Below are positions 1 to 10,857 of a stretch of DNA of 64,000 nucleotides, in pieces. A program made the translations under genes and the position numbers. Positions within the stretch are counted from its first letter, which is position 1; each line of letters opens with the position of its first letter. The stretch is taken from contig OZ271918.1 in NCBI GenBank assembly GCA_965602015.1, forward strand, positions 1,824,001-1,888,000, written 5' to 3'. The notes under the pieces are model-generated. The model saw nothing but the letters and a program-made list of their open reading frames with translations. It searched no databases and had not been told where the DNA came from. Source of the DNA: Salinispira sp. (GTDB lineage Bacteria; Spirochaetota; Spirochaetia; DSM-27196; Salinispiraceae).

Positions 1-372
1 CGGAGGCAGATCCAACTGGTCCACCGCCGCAGCGAATTGAAGATTGTGACCGTAGCGCCTCAGCAAGTGGGGAATGATCTTTCCGCTGCGATTCATATAG
101 GTAAGGGGCTTCACCAGAAGTATGCACGAGAATCGAGGCGAATCGACTGGGCTGCCGGCCTGACCTGAGAGCTTTCCGTCTCGTTCATGCTCAAATACCA
201 GGGAAGCGGGCAGCTCGGCGATTTCATACGGGGCAAACCACGGACGACGGAGGCGCAGACGAAACCGGGAAGCCAGGACGTCGATAAGCCAAAAGCCCAC
301 ATTGTGTCGGGTCTTGCGGTACTCCCGTCCGGGGTTTCCCAGGCCTATTATGCAGAGAATATCGCGTTGCAC
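1..372 (-). CDS. pth: Peptidyl-tRNA hydrolase (3' end runs off the window; not in the ORF track)
   Basis: Manual translation from GTG at 372 gives ILCIIGLGNPGREYRKTRHNVGF...KPLTYMNRSG...VDQLDLP, the Pth signature motifs; lies downstream of rplY. Confidence 0.95.
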   Translation of the reverse strand, partial: MQRDILCIIGLGNPGREYRKTRHNVGFWLIDVLASRFRLRLRRPWFAPYEIAELPASLVFEHERDGKLSGQAGSPVDSPRFSCILLVKPLTYMNRSGKIIPHLLRRYGHNLQFAAAVDQLDLPP

Positions 373-400
373 TGTACTGTTATTTTTACTGATAGCGGCA

Positions 401-436
401 GAGTCATGACCTGACGCGTCGGCCGGGCCATGACTC
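401..436 (-). other. Intercistronic RNA hairpin between rplY and pth
   Basis: Minus strand GAGTCATGGCCCGGC-CGACGC-GTCAGGTCATGACTC forms a ~14 bp stem with G-U pairs; no U-tract. Confidence 0.55.
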
Positions 437-478
437 GGTGTAAAAGGAGCGTCGGGGGACGATTCATCCCCGGTAGGA

Positions 479-1093
479 TCATTCTTCAGAAGCTTCGGCT
501 TCCTCATCGACCATGCCTTCTTCTTCTTCACCCTCGGTTTCTTCAACTTCGGCGCGGGCGTGAGTAATAGCCGCAACCAGTTGATCTTCATTGGTGAGAA
601 TCTTTACCCCTGCCGGTGCAGTGACATCGCTGACATGCAGGGCTTCGACCAGACCGGCAATATCAATTTCAATAGAAGCGGGCAAATTCTTGGGAAGACA
701 CTCAATATCGAGCTCGTGAAGAGGAGCTTCAAGGATACCGCCTTCGCGAACACCTGCGGGAGTGCCGTGAAGGTGCAGAGGCACCCGGGTCTTGAGGGTC
801 TTACCCGCTTCGATTTCATAAAAATCGAGATGAATAAGCTCGCCCTTCATGATGTTCATCTGGTAGTCCTTGATAAGAACCTGAATATCATTCTTCCCGA
901 GCTTCAGCGTGATGATTTCACTTTCGGTAATATGCTTAAAAACCGCGTTGAACTCCCGGCGGTTAACTAAAACGTGCTGAGGTGCGTCATGACCGTATAC
1001 CACGGCAGGGACGAGCCCCTGAGCCCGGGCCCGGCGGCTGTTGCCGGTGCCCTTGGCACTTCGTTCTTCAACATGCAAAACTTTATCAGACAT
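479..1093 (-). CDS. rplY: 50S ribosomal protein L25 / general stress protein Ctc
   Basis: SRRARAQGLVPAVVYG, IHLDFYEI, TL5 C-terminal domain, acidic tail. Confidence 0.95.
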   Translation of the reverse strand: MSDKVLHVEERSAKGTGNSRRARAQGLVPAVVYGHDAPQHVLVNRREFNAVFKHITESEIITLKLGKNDIQVLIKDYQMNIMKGELIHLDFYEIEAGKTLKTRVPLHLHGTPAGVREGGILEAPLHELDIECLPKNLPASIEIDIAGLVEALHVSDVTAPAGVKILTNEDQLVAAITHARAEVEETEGEEEEGMVDEEAEASEE

Positions 1094-1135
1094 TAAATTC
1101 CTCCAGAAGGCTGCGCATAAACATCATACGCTGAA

Positions 1136-1208
1136 CTGGGATGGGAGGATTCGAACCTCCGCATGCCGGGATCAAAACCCGGTGCCTTAACCGCTTGGCT
1201 ACATCCCA
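1136..1208 (-). tRNA. tRNA-Gln (TTG), CCA not encoded
   Basis: TGGGATGTAGCCAAGCGGTTAAGGCACCGGGTTTTGATCCCGGCATGCGGAGGTTCGAATCCTCCCATCCCAG folds as a cloverleaf with anticodon TTG. Confidence 0.95.
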
Positions 1209-1228
1209 TAGATATTTTTAGAGTGGTT

Positions 1229-1258
1229 ACAATATCGTAAAATACCGATACGTGTCAA
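1229..1258 (-). promoter_or_regulatory. Sigma70-type promoter for tRNA-Gln/rplY
   Basis: TTGACA-N18-TATTGT on the minus strand, ~20 nt upstream of the tRNA. Confidence 0.6.
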
Positions 1259-1337
1259 ATGATTTCACCGGGGGAGAGCTGATTCGTAAAGTCTTTCAGG
1301 GCGGGAACATAGCTATGAAAGAAGAAGAGAGACTGCT

Positions 1338-1625
1338 TCAGTCCTCGTAATCCCCGTCAGACGCTCCGTCATCCGGCTGGGTATCGTAGGCCATGAGAAT
1401 TTTTTCCTGAAGTTCGTTCCGGAAATCCGAATTTATCGGATGGGCCACGTCTTTATATTCTCCGGTCTTGGTTTTTCTGCTGGGCATGGCGATAAAAATA
1501 CCGCTTTTGCCCTCGATTACTTTGACATTGTGAACGACAAAGCAGTCATCAAAGGTAACGGTCACATAGGCCTTGAGTTTTCCCTCTGAGCTCACCCGCC
1601 GTACTCGGATATCAGTGATCTGCAT
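1338..1625 (-). CDS. spoVG: SpoVG nucleic-acid-binding regulator
   Basis: MQITDIRVR...[24 protein letters not shown]...FIAMPSRK...YKDVAHPI. Confidence 0.97.
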   Translation of the reverse strand: MQITDIRVRRVSSEGKLKAYVTVTFDDCFVVHNVKVIEGKSGIFIAMPSRKTKTGEYKDVAHPINSDFRNELQEKILMAYDTQPDDGASDGDYED

Positions 1626-1768
1626 TATCAGCTCCTTTCACTTGATGTAGGCGATCCGAACCGGACTGAAGTTTCGGCACGACGCACAGCGCCGTCAATT
1701 CAAGTATAGGTAATGGGATAATGCCTGTCCAATTAATTCACGAAAACCCGAACCGGTCCAATGTACCT

Positions 1769-3328
1769 TTATCCTCGGAAATGACAGCCGAGGGAACGGG
1801 TATTTGCCCGTGCAGACTGGGCGATGACTGCGGCGGTGAGCACCGCGTTGCGCAACTGTATAATGTCCCGCCCGGCCCTCGCCTGCTGATAAAACTTTTC
1901 AATGCGGTGGCTGTAGTAATTCAAATCTGAAAGGGCGCGGTCAAGCCGCCGTTCATTGCGCAGAATTCCCACGTAATTCCACATGGTCGTCTGAATGTTC
2001 TGCAGGTCATGGGCGATCAGAAGCGGATCGAAGTCCACTACCTGTTCGGGAAAGACCCAGTCGGGGATGCTGTCGATAAGTTCGGACCGCAATCGATACT
2101 CGGTTTTTTTGATGCTTTGGGCGGCCCGCACTCCGAACACCAGGCCCTCGAGCAGACTGACGCTTGCCAGACGATTTGCACCGTGAACCCCGGTACCCGC
2201 GCTTTCACCGACGGCATACAGACCCTTGATTTCAGTTTTGCCGTTGGCGTTAACCTTAATGCCTCCGCAGAAATAATGGGCCGAAGGCACCACCGGGATA
2301 AGATCCTTCCGGAGATCCAGGCCGAGCTCAGCGCATTTAGAATGAATGGCAGGAAAGCGCTCGGAGGGATCCACATCGATGCTTCGGGCGTCGAGATACA
2401 CAAATCCCGTGGAACTGTCCATTTCGCTATAGATGGCCCGGGCGACTTCGTCCCGAGGCGCCAGGTCCTTCAATTCGGGGTTGTAGCGCTCCATGAAATA
2501 CTGTCCGCGCCGGTTCATTAGCCGGGCGCCCTCACCTCTGAGGGCTTCGGTCATGAGAAAACGCTCGGCGTCCCGATGGTAGAGGGTGGTCGGATGGAAC
2601 TGGATGTACTCGCTGTTGATGATTTCGCAGCCCGCCCGATAGGCCATGGCGATGCCGTCTCCGGTGGCCGATGGGGGATTTGAGCTGTGGAGGTACAGGG
2701 AGCCCACCCCGCCGGTCGCCAGAATTACCGCTGGTGAGAACAGGGGAATGATGTCTCCGTTAGCCTCGTTGAGAACATAGGCTCCCAGGATTCTGCGCTT
2801 TTTGTATTTCTGCTGAGCATCGCTGCTATGGTGGGTATTGCTTATGAGGTCGATGGCCAGCATATCATCCAGGAAGCTGATATTACCGCTGCTTTTGGCC
2901 AGGTTCATCAGGCCTTCCTGGATGGCCTTTCCGGTTTGATCCTTGACATGAAGAATGCGGCGAACCGAGTGGGCGCCCTCGCGGGTAAAATCGAAGCTAC
3001 CGTCGGCGTTTTTCTCGAAGGGAATCGCCGCCCGGCGGAGAAGCAAATCCTCAACCACCGACGGACCTTCTTCGGAGACGATGCGCACCGCTTCCGCATT
3101 GTTGATATTGCTTCCGGCGGTGAAAATATCCCGGGCAAGCAGCTCGGGGGTGTCGTCTATGCCGCGGCTCACTATGCCCCCCTGGGCCCACCAGGTGTTG
3201 TTGCCGGAAAGTTCTCCGCTTTTGCTGAGGACCGTTACCTTCATTCCGGCATCCGCCGCGGTAACGGCGCTGGCAAGTCCGGCAATGCCGCTGCCGATGA
3301 TCAGAAGGTCGCAGGAGGCCCTATCCAT
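1769..3328 (-). CDS. nadB: L-aspartate oxidase
   Basis: GSGIAG FAD motif, WAQGGI, EGAHSVRRILH, QFHPT, TEALRGEG, GVHGANRLASVSLLE; adjacent to nadC. Confidence 0.93.
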   Translation of the reverse strand: MDRASCDLLIIGSGIAGLASAVTAADAGMKVTVLSKSGELSGNNTWWAQGGIVSRGIDDTPELLARDIFTAGSNINNAEAVRIVSEEGPSVVEDLLLRRAAIPFEKNADGSFDFTREGAHSVRRILHVKDQTGKAIQEGLMNLAKSSGNISFLDDMLAIDLISNTHHSSDAQQKYKKRRILGAYVLNEANGDIIPLFSPAVILATGGVGSLYLHSSNPPSATGDGIAMAYRAGCEIINSEYIQFHPTTLYHRDAERFLMTEALRGEGARLMNRRGQYFMERYNPELKDLAPRDEVARAIYSEMDSSTGFVYLDARSIDVDPSERFPAIHSKCAELGLDLRKDLIPVVPSAHYFCGGIKVNANGKTEIKGLYAVGESAGTGVHGANRLASVSLLEGLVFGVRAAQSIKKTEYRLRSELIDSIPDWVFPEQVVDFDPLLIAHDLQNIQTTMWNYVGILRNERRLDRALSDLNYYSHRIEKFYQQARAGRDIIQLRNAVLTAAVIAQSARANTRSLGCHFRG

Positions 3329-4211
3329 CGCTGCCCTCCTTCCGGGGGAAGCGCATTGAAAAATTATGGTTTTTTACCGAATGGGTCAGGCCGCCCACAG
3401 AAATAAAATCAAGCTCCAAATCCGCAAAGCGGGCGATTTTCTCGGGAGTAAAATCTCCCGAAGCTTCGAACGCGCAGCGCTTTTCCAGCCCCTTTTCCCG
3501 ACGAAGGGATACGGCGGCCCGGCAGTCCTCGTAGCTCATGTTGTCCAGCATGATGACATCGGCGTGCAGGTCCAGCCCTATGCTAACCTCATGGAGATTC
3601 CGGCACTCGAGCTCAATCTTGTAGCGGTCGCCCCAGGCTTTTCGAATCCGTTCAACCGCCGGGGCCGGCCCGCCTGCGGCGTCCACATGATTGTCTTTGA
3701 GCATAACCATATCGTACAGCCCCATCCTGTGGTTCCCGCCTCCGCCGTCGATGACCGCGGCCTTCGACAGCCTGCGCAGCCCTGGAAGGGTTTTACGGGT
3801 ATCGAGAATTTTCGTCGGTGAGCTTCCGAGGGCCATGACATGTTCACGCACAGTGCCCGCGATACCGGACAAAAAACCCAGGAAGTTCAGGGCAATTCGC
3901 TCCGCACGGAGAATCGCCGCCGCCGGACCGTTGATTTCAGCGATTAGCTGACCGTCGCTGATTTCTTCGCCGTCGGTCGCGTGAAAAACCAGTTGGAAAT
4001 CCGCCATCGGGGTGATGGCGGTAAAACACTCGGCGGCGAAGCCAAGACCCGAGAGAACCCCGCTCTGCCGGGAATACAGGCCGACGCGGACCCGTTGGTC
4101 GGTAAAGAGCACCGATGAGGTTACATCGCCGGACTCACCCAGGTCTTCCCGGATTGCCAGTTCAAGCAATTGTCTGAAGTCTTCCTGCAAATCGTGCCGG
4201 CTGATATCCAT
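3321..4211 (-). CDS. nadC: Quinolinate phosphoribosyltransferase
   Basis: EDL..GDVTS, AERIALNFL, DTRKTLPGLR, HRMGLYDMVMLKDNH, IMLDNM. Confidence 0.96.
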   Translation of the reverse strand: MDISRHDLQEDFRQLLELAIREDLGESGDVTSSVLFTDQRVRVGLYSRQSGVLSGLGFAAECFTAITPMADFQLVFHATDGEEISDGQLIAEINGPAAAILRAERIALNFLGFLSGIAGTVREHVMALGSSPTKILDTRKTLPGLRRLSKAAVIDGGGGNHRMGLYDMVMLKDNHVDAAGGPAPAVERIRKAWGDRYKIELECRNLHEVSIGLDLHADVIMLDNMSYEDCRAAVSLRREKGLEKRCAFEASGDFTPEKIARFADLELDFISVGGLTHSVKNHNFSMRFPRKEGSDG

Positions 4212-4230
4212 CTTGTTTCTCCAGTGAGTT

Positions 4231-4623
4231 CTATTGCGCGGCTATTTCCAGAACCGGAGCCTCGAACCAGAGTTTTTCCAGATCGTAAAACTTTCGGGCT
4301 TCTTCGGTCATGAGGTGAATGATAAAATAATCGCAGTCCAGAAGGGTCCAGTTGTCCTCCTGGGATTGCTTCTTGCCGCCCCTACAGTCGATTTTTTGCT
4401 GATAGAAATACTCATGAAGCTGCTTCACCGCCCCTTTCAGCTGACCGTAAGAGTTTACCGTCGCAATGAGGTAAAAGTCCGTAACGCTTGAACGGCCCCG
4501 CAAATCCAGGCCCTTTACATCGTTGAGTTTGATATCCCGCATGTGACCGGCGGTGGCGAGAACCTCATCCAATTCACTCTTGACCGCTTCGGTCTCTAGA
4601 TTTTTACGTGTTTCTGCTGCCAT
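4231..4623 (-). CDS. rsfS: Ribosome silencing factor
   Basis: TDFYLIAT, WTLLDCDYFIIHLMTEEARKFYDLEKLW. Confidence 0.93.
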   Translation of the reverse strand: MAAETRKNLETEAVKSELDEVLATAGHMRDIKLNDVKGLDLRGRSSVTDFYLIATVNSYGQLKGAVKQLHEYFYQQKIDCRGGKKQSQEDNWTLLDCDYFIIHLMTEEARKFYDLEKLWFEAPVLEIAAQ

Positions 4624-4688
4624 GTAGGCGCTCCTGTTTTTTTCATTGTACGATAAAACCGGCAGCTTGTACTGCCGATTTCACAGAG

Positions 4689-5894
4689 CTACTGTTCAGC
4701 GGTATTTACCTGCCAGCCGTCAAAGTCCTCTCCGAGAATTATGGTGATGTCAATTTCCGGATTATCCGCTAACGGAGTTCCATCGAGAATATTATCCGCG
4801 CTGATAAGCTCCCCCACTCTGCGGGCCACATCGGAGTTTCCCGCCCGGTCGATGATGATGGTGTTGATATAATCATTTCGATCGGCATTTCCAATCCGCA
4901 GGACCTCGAAACCGAAATTCTGGTACAGGTCCTGGGTACGGGCAGCCAGACCGTTCCGGTCCGTGCCGTTCAGCACCTCAATGGTGGTCGACAAGGCCGC
5001 GCTGTAGGCAGCCTCGGGGGCGCCGAGATTCCCCAGCACCTGGACTATTGAATCCCGAAGCAGCTGCCCCTCAAAATGGGGAAACAGTATGGGCTGCTGA
5101 CCTTGACTGGTTTCAACTTGCCGTTCATTTCCCAGAATTCGCTGGGTTATCATGTTATCGATTTCCAGACGGGGAAAGATTTCGATAAAAGCAGCCGACG
5201 CCTCGTTTTCGAAACTCGCAGACAGGTGCCGGATATAGCGGTTTCGAATCGAATCATTTTGATATAAAAGCTGATATTCCGAGCTGGAGCGTATCAGTTC
5301 CCGTAGAAATGTCCAGCGTCTGCTGATCCACTCGAGCTCCCGTTCATCCTCACCCTCATAAGCGATGTACGATCGGATGTTGTCGCCGTCGAGTAAAACG
5401 TTTCCCCCGGGGATGCGGATGACGGTATCTTCGCTAATCTCCTCTATCGGAAGGGGGAGGAAAACTGAAACTCCTTCAATGGTATCAACGAGCACCGAAA
5501 CATCATCCAAATCCAGATCGAGATAGAAGTCAATCTCCAGGTTCAGAATTGAGGAAAGGGTAAGGGCAAGTTGTTCAGCCCCGAGCTCGGCATATAAATT
5601 ATCGAGACGGTCCACCCTGCCAAGAGCAGGGATGATGGCCCCGAGCTTGCGGGGAATATCATACACCGCGAAGTTATTCGTATTACTGTCGATGAGCAAA
5701 AGCTGGCCGGAAATCAGCCGCTCTTCTTCGCTGAACAGTACCAACACCGGCACCTGGGGATTCTCGGCAATTCTGGCGGTGAAGCTGTCGGTTTGCACGC
5801 TGATCAGAATTACGGCGGTAACGCCGGCGAGAATAACGACTATTCCCAGAATAACGAATACCGCGGGATCCACCCGTTTTTGATTTCTAGGCAC
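4689..5894 (-). CDS. LCP (LytR-CpsA-Psr) family membrane protein with LytR C-terminal domain
   Basis: N-terminal TM helix, DIPR, VDTIEGV, VLLDG; C-terminal IEVLNGTDRNGLA...IGNAD...ITIILGED; GTG start at 5894 with GGAG SD chosen. Confidence 0.8.
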   Translation of the reverse strand: MPRNQKRVDPAVFVILGIVVILAGVTAVILISVQTDSFTARIAENPQVPVLVLFSEEERLISGQLLLIDSNTNNFAVYDIPRKLGAIIPALGRVDRLDNLYAELGAEQLALTLSSILNLEIDFYLDLDLDDVSVLVDTIEGVSVFLPLPIEEISEDTVIRIPGGNVLLDGDNIRSYIAYEGEDERELEWISRRWTFLRELIRSSSEYQLLYQNDSIRNRYIRHLSASFENEASAAFIEIFPRLEIDNMITQRILGNERQVETSQGQQPILFPHFEGQLLRDSIVQVLGNLGAPEAAYSAALSTTIEVLNGTDRNGLAARTQDLYQNFGFEVLRIGNADRNDYINTIIIDRAGNSDVARRVGELISADNILDGTPLADNPEIDITIILGEDFDGWQVNTAEQ

Positions 5895-6487
5895 GAAGCT
5901 CTCCTTGGGCACTGTACACTTCCGGAATCTGCAGGCCGGCCATTTTCCTGGCGTACACGTGAAGTTCATGGGTCTGGGGGCTTTTTTTCTTCCCCCGGGC
6001 CTTGGCGTGCTCGTTTACCGCAAGAACCATTTCCCACGGAGGCAGGGACTTCACCTTCTGACGAAATTCCCCGGTAGTGTACTTCCTGCCGGGCTCCAGA
6101 TAATCGCTCACAAAAAGCAGTATGCCGGTCATGTCCATTCCCGCCCGCCCCAGAGTGTGGTCCTCCAGGGCTGAAAGCATGGACTTGTTCCGAATTCCGA
6201 AATTCCTGTTGACCAGAATGGCGGCGCATCTCCCGTGTAGCAGCATCGGCTTTTCCAGTTCCATGGGATTCGGCGCATAGCCGACGGACCGAACCAGCTC
6301 GAGATACTGCTCGTCCCGCCATTCCCGGACCATGTCGTGGGACAGACCGAGGAATCGGGCCCTCACCGGGCTCACGGCAAAGGTGGGGGCCAATTCGACA
6401 CAGGTTGCGGTAACCCGGTGAATATGCTCATAACGCTCCGGCGAGCAGTTTGCGAGCAGGAAGCGATCCAGCCTCTTGATACGGGGT

Positions 6488-8234
<1,747 letters not shown>

Positions 8235-8296
8235 TCACGTGCGCTGTCCTTTTCGCCGTAACTCGGTTGAGTGAGGACGGGAACGGATGCAGGCGC

Positions 8297-8328
8297 AAAA
8301 AAGCCCGGCGGCATCTGCCATCCGGGCT
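8297..8328 (-). terminator. Rho-independent terminator after rpmA
   Basis: AGCCCGGATGGCAGATGCCGCCGGGC hairpin followed by T6 on the minus strand. Confidence 0.7.
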
Positions 8329-8378
8329 GGACAGTCCGGAGACAAGCTCCGGACGGGGTTTCGTTCGGCGGTATGCTG

Positions 8379-8633
8379 TTATTCGGCAGCGTTGATGCTG
8401 ACGAATTTACGTCCGCGCTTCTCGCTGAACTCAACGGTTCCCTGTGCGGTTGCGAACAGGGTGTCGTCCTTGCCCCGGCCGACATTAATGCCGGGATGGA
8501 TTTTGGTGCCCCGCTGGCGCACGATGATTTCGCCGGCTTTGACCAGCTGTCCGCCGTAGCGCTTTACGCCGAGGCGCTTACTTTGTGAATCGCGGCCGTT
8601 CTTCGTACTACCGCCACCCTTCTTATGAGCCAT
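8379..8633 (-). CDS. rpmA: 50S ribosomal protein L27
   Basis: [24 protein letters not shown]. Confidence 0.98.
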   Translation of the reverse strand: MAHKKGGGSTKNGRDSQSKRLGVKRYGGQLVKAGEIIVRQRGTKIHPGINVGRGKDDTLFATAQGTVEFSEKRGRKFVSINAAE

Positions 8634-8985
8634 AGCTATCTCCCTTATGTTCTTCTGCGGTTCTCAAGAATTCGATTTGATCGGGATAATCCCGTCGAAC
8701 ATCCTCAAGCCCCTGGGCGAGCATGTCGGTGAGCCCCCGAAGCCACTCTTCGGCATTCTCATCCACATGCCCGACCCGCATCGCAATATCACCGGGCTGA
8801 AACCGTATCAGCTCGATGCTCACACAATCAGATTTTTCAACCAGCGTCCCCATGCTTCGAATAAGCGCGCTTACCGCCGCACAGGAAATGCTGACCCGGG
8901 CTTCCGGGTTGTCAACCGATCCGTGACCCGAGGATTCGAACCGGCTGATGATTCCGCGGATTGTGGCGAGCGTGCACCGAATCAC
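8623..8985 (-). CDS. prp: Ribosomal-processing cysteine protease Prp homolog
   Basis: Position between rplU and rpmA; SGH...SCAAVS His/Cys dyad motif; C-terminal [13 protein letters not shown]. Confidence 0.8.
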   Translation of the reverse strand: MIRCTLATIRGIISRFESSGHGSVDNPEARVSISCAAVSALIRSMGTLVEKSDCVSIELIRFQPGDIAMRVGHVDENAEEWLRGLTDMLAQGLEDVRRDYPDQIEFLRTAEEHKGDSYGS

Positions 8986-8998
8986 CGCGCTGTACTTC

Positions 8999-9358
8999 CT
9001 ACTCTTCGCCCTTTTCTTCGGTCTTCTTAGCAGACGCCTTTTTGGCGGCGGCTTTTACATCGGTAACCTTGATGATGGAATACTGCTGACGGTGCCCCTG
9101 CTTGCTCATGGAGTCCTTGCGGCGGCGGTACTTGAACACGATGACTTTTTTGTCCTTGCCGTGTTCAACGACCTCGGCAGCTACCTTAGCGCCGGAGACA
9201 TAAGGGGTACCGATTTTAACATCGCCTTCGGAGCCAACAAGCAGAACAGAGTCGAATTCTACTTTCTTGCCGGCTTCTTCTGCGAGTCTATCAACTTTTA
9301 GCAGGGCGTCTTTCTCAGCCTTGTACTGCTTGCCCTTGATTTCAACCATTGCGTACAT
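8999..9358 (-). CDS. rplU: 50S ribosomal protein L21
   Basis: MYAMVEIKGKQYK...IGTPYV...GHRQQYS. Confidence 0.97.
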   Translation of the reverse strand: MYAMVEIKGKQYKAEKDALLKVDRLAEEAGKKVEFDSVLLVGSEGDVKIGTPYVSGAKVAAEVVEHGKDKKVIVFKYRRRKDSMSKQGHRQQYSIIKVTDVKAAAKKASAKKTEEKGEE

Positions 9359-9451
9359 ATTTTGGTCCCTTACAATTTAAATATTTTGAGGAACAATATT
9401 TAGCAGATCGGGGAGCATAAGTCAATAGAAAGCAAAAATTAAAAAGAGTGC

Positions 9452-9478
9452 GCAACCGGATCGGCCGGTCAGACGTAT
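9452..9478 (+). promoter_or_regulatory. Probable autoregulatory ECF-sigma promoter
   Basis: GCAAC-N17-CGTAT directly upstream of the ECF gene; AAC/CGT is the typical ECF -35/-10 core. Confidence 0.5.
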
Positions 9479-9489
9479 ACTACCAGCAG

Positions 9490-9978
9490 ATGGACAACTT
9501 TGAGACGGTCTGGAAAACATACTATCCAAAACTCCGGGTGTACGGAAAGAGCTTTTCCGGGCTCACGGAGTCCGATATTGAGGATTGCATTCAGGATATT
9601 TTTATGACGCTGCATGAAAAAAGGGATGGGTATAATCCCCGCTATGCGTTTTCAACCTGGCTGTACCGAATTGCTCGAAACCGCTTTATTGATTACACCA
9701 GAAGCGCTGCAAGGCGGGTGCCCCTTGAAGTTCCGCAGTGCCTCCACACCGGTCCTGATGCCGCAGCTTCCCGGGACGCAGCCATCGATCTCACCCGCGC
9801 TATGGCCAAGCTGAGCGATACCCAGCGGGAGCTGTTTTACTGGCATTATGCGGAAAACTACAGCTTGGCAGAAATTTCTGCCATATGCGGGCGAAGCATG
9901 TCCGGCATAAAAAGCCAATTATTTCGGGGAAGAAAGTTGCTCGCGTCCGAGTTGGAGGATGACTATGGATATAAATAA
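9490..9978 (+). CDS. ECF RNA polymerase sigma factor
   Basis: EDCIQDIF, FSTWLYRIARNRFID (region 2); YSLAEISAICG...IKSQLFRGRKLL (region 4); ATG at 9490. Confidence 0.92.
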   Translation: MDNFETVWKTYYPKLRVYGKSFSGLTESDIEDCIQDIFMTLHEKRDGYNPRYAFSTWLYRIARNRFIDYTRSAARRVPLEVPQCLHTGPDAAASRDAAIDLTRAMAKLSDTQRELFYWHYAENYSLAEISAICGRSMSGIKSQLFRGRKLLASELEDDYGYK

Positions 9979-10351
9979 ACGCCTTTCCGACTATTACCGC
10001 AATGAAATCAAGCGCGCCGGTCCCGCCCCCGCCATGCCTCCGGATTTTGCGGAAACACCCGACAAGGGTGCATTTGAGCGGCGCCGATTACAAAGCCGCA
10101 GGCATCCGTCGGTGGCTCGGTTACGGCCGGGAGGAAAATCCCGGACCGACGGGATTCTCGCTGCTGCCGCCGCAATCCTTTTATTTGCAGTGGGCATTGG
10201 CGAATGGGAAATGAGCCCTCCCCCGTGGGCAGTCGATGCCAGCCGGCAGCGATTACATATTTACGAGGTCAATAAAACGGTTAACTCTGCGCTTGAGCTT
10301 GCGGCCGAAGCCTGGCAAAGCAGGGTAATCAAAAGGAGCAATAAAAAATGA
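9965..10351 (+). CDS. Putative single-pass anti-sigma factor
   Basis: Overlaps the ECF stop, has GGAGG SD, one TM helix (GILAAAAAILLFAVGIG). Confidence 0.6.
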   Translation: MDINKRLSDYYRNEIKRAGPAPAMPPDFAETPDKGAFERRRLQSRRHPSVARLRPGGKSRTDGILAAAAAILLFAVGIGEWEMSPPPWAVDASRQRLHIYEVNKTVNSALELAAEAWQSRVIKRSNKK

Positions 10352-10809
10352 AGGTTTCACAATGGATTTTTGGAGCCCTGGTGGTCGCCCTGGTTTTTGG
10401 CACCGTGTGGGTAACGGGCGTGGGAATCGCCTACTACATTGATATTCCCAGTGCGATAATTATTTTTGTCGGGGGCTACTGCATCAGTCTCATGAGCCAC
10501 GGCGCTGCGGGCCTGTCACAGGGATACCGACTCGGAGCAGGTAAGAAACTCACCAGTATATCATCCGGGGAGATTGCCCGGGCGGCCTCGGTACTGCGGG
10601 GCTTGGGGAGGAATTTTATCTATCTGGCGATATTCGGCATGCTCATGGGACTCATCGCAATTCTGACCCATCTCGCGCCGAGCGAACAGATGGCAAAAGG
10701 GCTGGCGACACTGATTATCGTCTCATTGTATGCCTCGGCGGGAAACTTTCTCTTGGTCCTGCCGTTCAGACACCGGCTCGAGGCGGAGCTGGAGGGCAGA
10801 AGAAGCTAA
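10348..10809 (+). CDS. Short MotA/TolQ/ExbB-like four-TM membrane protein
   Basis: YYIDIPSAIIIFVGG resembles MotA TM2; IFGMLMGLIAILTHL...MAKGLA...SLYA...NFLLVLP resembles MotA TM3-4. Confidence 0.6.
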   Translation: MKVSQWIFGALVVALVFGTVWVTGVGIAYYIDIPSAIIIFVGGYCISLMSHGAAGLSQGYRLGAGKKLTSISSGEIARAASVLRGLGRNFIYLAIFGMLMGLIAILTHLAPSEQMAKGLATLIIVSLYASAGNFLLVLPFRHRLEAELEGRRS

Positions 10810-10848
10810 AAAAAACGCCGGGGCTGACAGCCCCGGCGGTTCTCCTTT
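10808..10848. terminator. Terminator between convergent ECF operon and gltD, probably bidirectional
   Basis: A8-CGCCGGGGCT-GAC-AGCCCCGGCG-GTTCTCCTTT. Confidence 0.85.
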
Positions 10849-10857
10849 GTGAGCAGC

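Noticed and set aside
1630..1700. Hairpins in the spoVG 5' leader
   Set aside because: Short GC-rich stems with no terminator or recognisable RNA motif
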